Assembly: GCA_014379045.1 (NCBI GenBank)
Contig: JACMMK010000321.1
Coordinates: 1 to 42,112 of the forward strand
Reading direction: 5' to 3'
DNA from: Burkholderiales bacterium
GTDB taxonomy: Bacteria > Pseudomonadota > Gammaproteobacteria > Burkholderiales > CAIKXV01
Length of the DNA: 42,112 nt
Shown here piece by piece: positions 35,601 to 42,112 of the stretch; within the stretch, counting starts at the first letter, position 1, and each line of letters starts with the position of its first letter. The notes under the pieces were generated by a model. It had not been told where the DNA came from. It saw only the letters and a list, made by a program, of their open reading frames with translations, and did no database searches. The position numbers and the translations under genes are program-made.

Positions 35601-38600
35601 TTACAGCCCTTTCAACACCTCAGGCGTGAATGGATTACGACCCGCCTTGAGATCGGCTATCCACTCTTTACGCTGAGCTTTTTCGCGTTCGAACCTTGAA
35701 CCTGGATCGTTCATGAAAGCTTCGAAGTCCCGGATCGCATCGGCCCGTCGTCCGGTCAATGCGCGTGCCAGGCCACGACTGTCGACATACATCGCACGGC
35801 CGTCCGAAAGCTTGACTGCGCGTTCGCACGCGCCGTCGACGACCGCAGCGGCATAGCCGAAGCGACTGCTGAACCAGCAAAGGTCGTTCCACGTGTCGGC
35901 GTCGACCCGTTTGGGATTGATCGTGAAGACCTTGTTGTACAGCTCGATGGCTTCCCCGTACTTGCGCTCATCGAAGTACTTCCTTGCTTCCGCCGCTTCC
36001 AGCGCCCCTCTGCATTCGCCGCCGCTGATCTGAAATCGCAGGCATTCCTCGGTGCTGAATGCGCGGGTCACGCGCGCCCGCGCGATGTTCACAAGATCGG
36101 CATCGGTCTGCGGATGAGCTCGCACGGTCCTGTCTGCGCCCGCGGTAAGAACCACTTTCTGCGTGGGATGGACTGCTACATCCTGCACGTTACCGTTATG
36201 GCCCTTCAGTGCCCGTTCCTCCTTGCCACTCTTGAGGTCCCAGAGACGCGCCGTTCGATCGTCGCTATGAGTGGACAGATAGCTGTTCTTGCCGATCGTG
36301 ACGAACGCAACACCTCTGACCGATGCGCTGTGACCGACCATCCCGACCAAGTCCTTACCACTTTGCACGTCCCAGATCCTGGCGGTCCGGTCGTCACTGC
36401 CGGTCGCCAGACGTGCACCGTCGGCACTGAAGGCCACGGCGGTGACTGAATCCCTGTGCCCGACGAGCAAACGCATCTGCCTGCCATCGGCCGCGTCCCA
36501 CAATCTCGCCGTGTCATCCCAACTGCCCGTTGCCACGAACCTGCCGTCGGCGCTGAATTCGACGCTCAGCACAGCCCCCTCATGGCCAACCAGCAACAGC
36601 GGCTCCCTGCCCCCGTCCACATCCGAAATCTGCACCGTGTGGTTGTCCATGGCTACGGCGACTCGTTTTCCGTCACGACTGAACGCGATCGCGTTGATCT
36701 TGCTGATGTGAGGAGGAAGTTCGCGTCTGGGCTTTACGGCGTCGTCTACGCTCCAGACCTTGACGGTATTGCCACCCGCACTGGCGAGAACCTTCCCGTC
36801 TGCACTGAAGGCAACTGTTGCCACTTGCGGGTGCGCAAACCTTCTCAACTCGACGCCCTTGAACGCGTCCCAGATCACGGCCCACTCACCGCTCGCTGTC
36901 GCGACGCGTGAAACGTCCGGGCTGAACTTGGCCGCGGTCACCGTGGCGATGGCGGCGCTTCCGAAGTTCGCCATTGGCGCTTTGCCGCCGATCGCCCACA
37001 ATTTCGCGGTGCGATCCGCACTGCCGGTGACCAGATGCCTGCCGTCACCGCTGAAAGCGACGCCGTTGATGGGGCCTTGATGGGCCGTGAACGTGTTCAA
37101 TTCCTTGCCGGTGTCCGCATCCCATACCCGTGCCGTGTTATCGACGCTTCCTGAGGCGATGCGAGTACCGGATGCGTCGAATGCAACCGTGCGTACCGCA
37201 TTCGTATGCCCACGAAGAATGGCCGCGTCCTTGAGAGTCGACGCTTCCTTGCTCGCGCCCGGATCGCGCATCGCCTCCGTCCCCGGCTTCCTGTCCCAGA
37301 TCGCTTCCTTGCCCGTTTTCGTATCCCAGATCCTTACCATGCGGTCTTCGCCTGCCGTGGCGAGCTTCGTACCGTTAGGGTTGAAAGCGACTGCGGTGAC
37401 GACGCCGCTGTGGCCGCTCAGGGTTATCAGCTCTTTGCCGCTGTCGAGATCCCACAGCTTGGCAGTGCCATCGTCGCTCGCAGTGGCGAGGCGGCCGCTT
37501 TCCCGGCTGAGCGCGACCGCGCGGACCCGGCCGTTGTGACCGCGGAAGGTTTGGATCTCCTTGCCGGTGCCGACTTCCCAAAGTTTTGCAGTCCGGTCGT
37601 CACTGGCCGTCGCCAGCCGCGTTCCATCTTGCGTGAAGGCGACGCTATTGATGGTGTCCCGATGACCGGCAAACTTGCGCACCTCGGTACCGGTCGTCGC
37701 GTCCCACAATCTTGCGGTGTCGTCGTAGCTACCGCTCGCGATATACCGCCCATCTTCACTGAAGGCGACCCCCAGAACGCGGGCGCCATGGCCGCGCAGA
37801 GTAGCCACTTCTTTCCCGGTCGAGGTATCCCAGACCTTCACGGTGTTGTCTTCGCCTGCGGTCGCGAGTCGGTGCCTCGCGGAATCGAGGGCAACACCGA
37901 AGACGCTGCCTGTGTGCCCCGCGCCAGTGCTCGGCGTGAGCTGCACGCGGGTGGATTGCACCGCTTCGCCGAGGAGTGTCATCGCTTCCGGTGTCTTGGA
38001 TAACGAGAGCGCTTCCAAGGCAAGCAGCAATGTCAGGTCAAGATTGTCCTGCCCCACCTTCTCGCCCGCGTAGGTCAGCTTGAAGGATGAGGTCTGGTTG
38101 CGTGCCTCGACGGCCGCTGTCGCAGCGTCACGCGCGTTTCTCAGGGCGCCTTCAAGTCGTAGGTTTGTTTTCTTTTCCTTTTCCCTGGCATCGTTTGCCG
38201 CATTCGCGTTTGCGTTTGCCGTAGCCGCGAGATAGTCGGCCCTGACTGCATGGGCTTGCGCGGTGACCTCGTTCTGCATCGCCTTCTCGGCGTTTTTCCT
38301 CGCCTCTTCGGCCTTTTCCTCCGCCAGAGTCGCACTCTGGCTTGCCTGCACCTGCATACGGTCGGCGGTCTGCTTTAGGTTGAACATGGACACCGAGGCG
38401 ACCGTCGCGGCCAGGCCCACCCCGACGGCGAAGATCGTCACCATGCGACTACGCCTGGCATTGCTCTCGAGCGTGGCCGCGCGAATTTTTGCAGTTTCCG
38501 CCTCGGCCTCGAGCTGGCGGCGTTCGAGCTCTTTCGTACGAAGCTCCTCCGCCTGCGCCCGCTGCACTCGCGCGTCCTCAGCGGCGATCGAGGCTTCCAT

Positions 38601-40208
38601 AAAGCTCATCAGTTCGGCAGGCGCGACGCGGTAGCGCTCGCTGTCGTGCTTCAACTGAAGCAGCTGAAAGAGCCGCTCGCAGCTCGCGCGATCGCGCAAC
38701 GCTTCGTTCAGCGCCGACTCGCGCATACGTGCGAGCGGCTCGCCTTGTACGAGTCGGCGCTCGGAACGATCGCTCTGCAGCCAGCTCTGCGTGCCCTTGA
38801 GAAGCGTCACGAACTCTTCGAAGAGTTCCGCTTCGCGGTCGATCAGTTCCTGGAAATGTCTCCAGCCGCGGATGAAGGCTTCATGGAATACCTTGATGGT
38901 GACCTGCTCCGGGTTCTCGTCGTCCCAGAGGATGTAGTCGCACGGAGGCAGGAATCCGGCCACGAGCGGCCTGGGATCGGCTCCGCCGAGCAGGGCCGCA
39001 GCCTCCTCGCGTCTGAGCCGCTGCTGCGTATACATGCCGGTGTTCGGGTCTTTGAACGCGAGCCGCCGCAACAGCGAGTTGAAGCATTTCTTCTTTTCGC
39101 CGTCGAACCGGTCGAATATCGCTTGCGCCCAGTTTTCGAGGCACAAACGCAGCACGTTTCCCTGCGGCGGCAGCGGGGGCGCTGTTGCTTCCGATGTGGC
39201 GCTCACCGCGCGCTCGAGGTCGGCCATCGTGGCACGGTCGGGAACGTCCAGCCCCTCCGACCTCCCGCGCGCGCAAGCGGCTTCCCACAGCCGCGCGAGG
39301 AGGTGCTGCAGCAACGCCAGATGGTCAGGGTCGGAATGGATCTGCTCGACGTCGTGCTGTACCCGCGCCAACACCGCTTCGTCGAAGCCGAAGTTGGCGG
39401 GGACTTTTCGCTGGCCGGCGCCTGCCCGGGCAAGCATCCGCAGATATCGACGCGGCGGCTTCTCGATCGTTTCGTCGATTTCCGACGGGTCGAGCCGCCG
39501 CACGAGGTACGAGGCCTTGTTTATCGCGTCGGGTAGCCGAAGGAACGCCGCGCAGTCGTTCAGATGCTCGCTGCGCATCGTGATCACGAGATAGATGCGC
39601 GGGTGCGGTGAATAGTAGTGGTCCAGCACCCGCTCGACCAACGTGGTGCACTCAGGAACATCCTTGTTGCTCCAGTGGAACAGTTCCTCGAACTGGTCGA
39701 TCACGAGCATGAAGTTCGCACGTTCCGCACTCGGTCCAGCCGGCAGATCGAGCCGGTCGGCAAACGTGTTGATCAGCGTGCCGAATCCGCCGGACTTGTT
39801 GAGCGCCGCCACCGCCTCCGCCTGATAGCGAGTGCGTTCCTCGTCCGAGCTCACGCGCAGAAGGCGGACGAACTTGCGCGCCAGCCGGTCGATCGGCGTT
39901 TCACCTGTCCCGACAGGCGCGTCACGCTTAGCCATATTGGTGCCGGGCGTGGCCAGGATCGGCACCCAGAAATCGCCGGCTTCGGCGATACGATAGCCGC
40001 GCAATTCGGGGATGACGCCGGCGCGCACGAGCGACGACTTTCCGGAGCCGGAACCTCCGAGCAGCGCCACGAAGCGCGTCGCGCAAAGCCGAAGGATGAC
40101 TTCCTCGACCTGCGAACTGCGCCCGAAGAAGATCGAGGATTCCCTATCCTGGAACGGGCGCAGTCCCGGGTAGGGCGAACGAAATTCCAGAGTGCCGGAT
40201 TCAGCCAT
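35601..40208 (-). CDS. 1535-aa STAND-type P-loop NTPase (nSTAND-like N-terminus) - coiled coil/TM/coiled coil - 14 WD40 repeats - TPR-like C-terminal domain
   Basis: N-terminal SPYPGLRPFQDRESSIFFGR, Walker A LLGGSGSGKSS (K57 codon 40038-40040) and Walker B FMLVIDQFEELF (D171 codon 39696-39698). Hydrophobic 21-mer at aa 589-611. 14 GH...WD units. GAGAGAG RBS 6 nt before ATG 40208. Confidence 0.9.
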   Translation of the reverse strand: MAESGTLEFRSPYPGLRPFQDRESSIFFGRSSQVEEVILRLCATRFVALLGGSGSGKSSLVRAGVIPELRGYRIAEAGDFWVPILATPGTNMAKRDAPVGTGETPIDRLARKFVRLLRVSSDEERTRYQAEAVAALNKSGGFGTLINTFADRLDLPAGPSAERANFMLVIDQFEELFHWSNKDVPECTTLVERVLDHYYSPHPRIYLVITMRSEHLNDCAAFLRLPDAINKASYLVRRLDPSEIDETIEKPPRRYLRMLARAGAGQRKVPANFGFDEAVLARVQHDVEQIHSDPDHLALLQHLLARLWEAACARGRSEGLDVPDRATMADLERAVSATSEATAPPLPPQGNVLRLCLENWAQAIFDRFDGEKKKCFNSLLRRLAFKDPNTGMYTQQRLRREEAAALLGGADPRPLVAGFLPPCDYILWDDENPEQVTIKVFHEAFIRGWRHFQELIDREAELFEEFVTLLKGTQSWLQSDRSERRLVQGEPLARMRESALNEALRDRASCERLFQLLQLKHDSERYRVAPAELMSFMEASIAAEDARVQRAQAEELRTKELERRQLEAEAETAKIRAATLESNARRSRMVTIFAVGVGLAATVASVSMFNLKQTADRMQVQASQSATLAEEKAEEARKNAEKAMQNEVTAQAHAVRADYLAATANANANAANDAREKEKKTNLRLEGALRNARDAATAAVEARNQTSSFKLTYAGEKVGQDNLDLTLLLALEALSLSKTPEAMTLLGEAVQSTRVQLTPSTGAGHTGSVFGVALDSARHRLATAGEDNTVKVWDTSTGKEVATLRGHGARVLGVAFSEDGRYIASGSYDDTARLWDATTGTEVRKFAGHRDTINSVAFTQDGTRLATASDDRTAKLWEVGTGKEIQTFRGHNGRVRAVALSRESGRLATASDDGTAKLWDLDSGKELITLSGHSGVVTAVAFNPNGTKLATAGEDRMVRIWDTKTGKEAIWDRKPGTEAMRDPGASKEASTLKDAAILRGHTNAVRTVAFDASGTRIASGSVDNTARVWDADTGKELNTFTAHQGPINGVAFSGDGRHLVTGSADRTAKLWAIGGKAPMANFGSAAIATVTAAKFSPDVSRVATASGEWAVIWDAFKGVELRRFAHPQVATVAFSADGKVLASAGGNTVKVWSVDDAVKPRRELPPHISKINAIAFSRDGKRVAVAMDNHTVQISDVDGGREPLLLVGHEGAVLSVEFSADGRFVATGSWDDTARLWDAADGRQMRLLVGHRDSVTAVAFSADGARLATGSDDRTARIWDVQSGKDLVGMVGHSASVRGVAFVTIGKNSYLSTHSDDRTARLWDLKSGKEERALKGHNGNVQDVAVHPTQKVVLTAGADRTVRAHPQTDADLVNIARARVTRAFSTEECLRFQISGGECRGALEAAEARKYFDERKYGEAIELYNKVFTINPKRVDADTWNDLCWFSSRFGYAAAVVDGACERAVKLSDGRAMYVDSRGLARALTGRRADAIRDFEAFMNDPGSRFEREKAQRKEWIADLKAGRNPFTPEVLKGL
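35604..36113 (-). other. TPR-like helical C-terminal domain of the STAND protein (aa 1366-1535)
   Basis: KYFDERKYGEAIELYNKVFTINPK, SRGLARALTGRRADAIRDFEAFM, and a tail KEWIADLKAGRNPFTPEVLKGL. Contains the only 4 Cys residues C-terminal to the TM helix. Confidence 0.55.
36114..37925 (-). repeat. 14 tandem WD40 repeats (two predicted 7-bladed propellers), aa 762-1365
   Basis: Units of about 42-43 aa of the form GH..V..VAFS.DG..LAT.S.D.TA.LWD..(T/S)GKE. Blades 8-10 are degenerate. A roughly 25-aa insert sits after blade 5 (37224-37300). Confidence 0.85.
38376..38444 (-). other. Predicted single transmembrane helix inside the STAND protein (aa 589-611)
   Basis: NARRSR-MVTIFAVGVGLAATVASVSMF-NLKQ. 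Flanked on both sides by long E/A/R/K-rich helical (coiled-coil-like) segments. Confidence 0.6.
39219..40181 (-). other. STAND NTPase module of the 1535-aa protein (aa ~10-330)
   Basis: Walker A/B as above. The PY.GL..F...D...FFGR motif immediately before the P-loop is the signature I recall for the 'novel STAND' NTPases that are usually fused to WD40/TPR arrays. The extent of the module is approximate. Confidence 0.6.
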
Positions 40209-40239
40209 GGCGCGCTCTCTCAGCCGCAGGGCCCGCAGG

Positions 40240-41403
40240 TCAGGCAGCGGTGCGTTTCTCCAGGATGTCTTTCAGGAAGCTCCTGAGCTTCCTGGTCTCG
40301 CTCGGGTCTTCCTGCATCACCGGCTCGCAATTGTCGAATCCGACGACGCTCCATCCCAGCGCCTCAGCGGGCTTGCCCGGCTTCTGAGGGGGGCGCAGAC
40401 AGGCGACGAGTCCCGGGGCGATCACGTCGGTGGGCGGCAGCAGCTCTTCGATCTTGTCGATGTTTTTTCGCAACGCGTGCGAGTCTTTCTGGCCCCAGAG
40501 CAGAACGACCCCGTCGGCGTCACTCAGCTGGTTGTGGCGCGGATCGATTTCGTCGACCGGCAGACCGCGCACACGCATTCGCAGCGGGTGATCGTTCTGC
40601 GCTTCGGTATTCACATCCTTCCAGAGCTGCGCGATGCGTCGGCCGAGAGGCTTCCATTCGTCGAGCTCGAGCGGATTGCTTTCGATGTAGATCTGCACCG
40701 GACTCGACGGTTCGGGCGCCCGGTCGGCAACGGGCGCAGCTGCCGCATCGACCGGCTGCTCTCTAACGATCGGCGCGTTTCTGGCGACATTGGCGTTGTC
40801 GCACAGGAGTTCCGTCCCCTTGACTGCCGGCGGCATCTTCGCATCGAGGCTCTCTCGAATACTGCGCACGAGGTCGTCGGCGAGGGTCCCCACGAGGTCC
40901 TGGAACCTGGCCGTGAGCGCCCCCGTGTCGATGTACGGACGTATCGCCTTGTTCTGCTCGTTGTAACACGGCACCCAGACCTGATCCGGCAGCGCCAGGC
41001 GCTGCCATGCGGGGTTCAACTGGACTCTGGCACCGACGTCGTTTCGCAGCGCGAGTATGTACAGGCGGCGCTGCATGCCATCGGCGCCGAAATGGCTCTT
41101 GAAAAACTCGAGCTCTTCCACGCACCACTCGGAGCCGAGATAGTTGTCGCCCGCTACGACGATCAGCGCGAACGACTGCTGGATCCGGTTGCGAAGCTCG
41201 CTGCTCAGTCCGCCCCTGATCGGACCGTTCTCCTGACTCAGGTGCGATGGCTTGCCACCACCCGGCGCCCGCGCGAGGTCACCTTGCAGCTTCTTCTGGA
41301 GCTCGTTCCTGAAGTAGGTGACCCAGCTGAAGTTCGCGGGATCGTCGGCATGCGCGTAACTGATGAATGTGCTGTAGACACAATCGGCGTACCTTGTTGT
41401 CAT
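40240..41403 (-). CDS. TIR-domain protein with uncharacterised C-terminal domain
   Basis: ATG 41403 (GAGG RBS) gives MTTRYADCVYSTFISYAHADD (TIR beta-A). ALIVVAGDNYLGSEWCVEELEFF is the S.WC..EL motif, with putative catalytic Glu97 at codon 41113-41115. Stop lies 31 nt before the STAND gene start. Confidence 0.85.
   Translation of the reverse strand: MTTRYADCVYSTFISYAHADDPANFSWVTYFRNELQKKLQGDLARAPGGGKPSHLSQENGPIRGGLSSELRNRIQQSFALIVVAGDNYLGSEWCVEELEFFKSHFGADGMQRRLYILALRNDVGARVQLNPAWQRLALPDQVWVPCYNEQNKAIRPYIDTGALTARFQDLVGTLADDLVRSIRESLDAKMPPAVKGTELLCDNANVARNAPIVREQPVDAAAAPVADRAPEPSSPVQIYIESNPLELDEWKPLGRRIAQLWKDVNTEAQNDHPLRMRVRGLPVDEIDPRHNQLSDADGVVLLWGQKDSHALRKNIDKIEELLPPTDVIAPGLVACLRPPQKPGKPAEALGWSVVGFDNCEPVMQEDPSETRKLRSFLKDILEKRTAA
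40984..41379 (-). other. TIR domain (aa ~9-140)
   Basis: FISYAH strand, alpha-A WVTYFRNELQKKL, and the conserved SEWCVEEL segment. Boundaries are approximate. Confidence 0.75.
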
Positions 41404-41520
41404 GGCCTCACATGCTCCGTGATCACCGTCAGGTCGCACCGGCTAGTTGCGGCAGACGCGCACACTGACTTGCCTTCGCCTAGCGAGCAGATAGCATACG
41501 CCGGCATTGCCATTCGCTGC

Positions 41521-41560
41521 TAGTCCTTTCGGACTAACCGCGGTCGCGAGCGACCCGCGG
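41521..41560 (-). terminator. Tandem hairpins between the upstream ORF and the TIR gene (possible transcript boundary)
   Basis: ccgcggtcg-cgag-cgac(c)cgcgg (9 bp with 1 bulge, 41538-41560) and tagtcc-tttc-ggacta (6 bp, 41521-41536). No clear U-tract. Confidence 0.3.
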
Positions 41561-41585
41561 CTCGTCGCGAAGCACTACTCGTCGA

Positions 41586-42041
41586 TCAGGTATTTCTCGC
41601 TCCCGTTCCCAGCAGGCGAATGCCCGGAATCGCGCAGAACTCGACCAACCACGGCATCGGCGTTTCGATCGGCACGTGCACGCGATCACTTTGACCCCTG
41701 CGGGCCGCGCCTTGATCGAAGAGGCAATTCCACTCTGGAGCGCGGCGCAGGACGAAACGCGGCTGCGTCTCGCACCTGATCCTTCCTGGCGAGAAACTCC
41801 GCCGCACCCTGGACGGTCTTGGTGAAGAGTCGCTCACGGTATCCAGGTCCCGCAGATGAACACGATCGGAGAGTATCCAATCGTGCTCATTCCGATGATC
41901 GGCGTACCGCTCACCGGAGCCATTCACATCATGGCGATCGACAGCCTCTGGCGGCGCTGGCGCGCAGAGCGCAGGCCGCAGAACTTCAGACAGGCGACTG
42001 CGACTGGATAACGACCGCCAATACCGCTTGGTCGGCCGCAT
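41586..42041 (-). CDS. Hypothetical ORF, no recognisable family (possibly spurious or a gene remnant)
   Basis: Only an open frame of 151 aa. The C-terminal half has GC-rich third positions, while the N-terminal half is Arg/Ser-rich low complexity. No motif recognised in any of the three minus frames. Confidence 0.25.
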   Translation of the reverse strand: MRPTKRYWRSLSSRSRLSEVLRPALCAPAPPEAVDRHDVNGSGERYADHRNEHDWILSDRVHLRDLDTVSDSSPRPSRVRRSFSPGRIRCETQPRFVLRRAPEWNCLFDQGAARRGQSDRVHVPIETPMPWLVEFCAIPGIRLLGTGARNT

Positions 42042-42112
42042 CGGTTGTGGTTACTCTTGACGCCGATGGACTGGACCCGATCGATCGATGCCTACTGTGA
42101 GCGCCTCGACCC

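Noticed and set aside
40192-41523. 443-aa plus-strand ORF opposite the TIR gene
   Set aside because: It has no motifs and an Arg/Leu/Val-rich composition. The minus-strand frame carries a textbook TIR motif set and an RBS.
42051-42110. Possible 3' end of a minus-strand gene (…VEALTVGIDRSGPVHRRQE*) at the window edge
   Set aside because: Only 19 codons are visible, third-position GC is unremarkable, and no motif is present. This is too little to support a feature.

Overview
High-GC, tightly packed chromosomal segment. Hand counts give about 70% GC in core genes (42/60 on line 9001). The content looks beta-proteobacterial (Burkholderiales-like); this is an inference from five Bug/TctC-family periplasmic binding-protein genes and DUF3460/DUF3597-type small proteins. 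I support about 43 protein-coding genes. I recognised no rRNA, tRNA, CRISPR array, transposase, integrase or DNA-binding regulator.

Most of the window is ordinary metabolism and transport:
- FecCD/ABC iron-type importer tail
- SCO + PCuAC copper chaperones
- CbiX
- tartrate/D-malate dehydrogenase
- two MFS transporters
- TPP enzyme + Bug
- haloperoxidase-type esterase
- two class II aldolases
- PEP mutase/isocitrate lyase-family enzyme
- YfcG-like GST
- aldo/keto reductase
- gamma-glutamyltransferase
- COG0523 GTPase
- inorganic pyrophosphatase
- class III aminotransferase
- polysaccharide deacetylase

The stand-out is a lower-GC two-gene module at 35.6-41.4 kb on the minus strand. It encodes a 387-aa TIR-domain protein, followed 31 nt later by a 1535-aa STAND-type P-loop NTPase. 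The NTPase runs coiled coil, one predicted transmembrane helix, coiled coil, 14 WD40 repeats and a TPR-like tail. I read this as a candidate conflict (anti-phage or programmed-death) system with an unusual membrane-spanning topology.

Secondary items:
- a ParE/RHH toxin-antitoxin pair
- a signal-peptide-less Bug paralog exactly at the island junction
- a 533-bp AT-richer non-coding gap with terminator-like hairpins on both strands
- a secreted protein built from 12 charged heptads (21-bp DNA periodicity)
- a COG0523/LVIVD-propeller/GNAT operon

The supplied ORF track contains many long off-frame or antisense ORFs typical of high-GC DNA, which I rejected. It also uses GTG/TTG as starts, so I re-derived several start sites.
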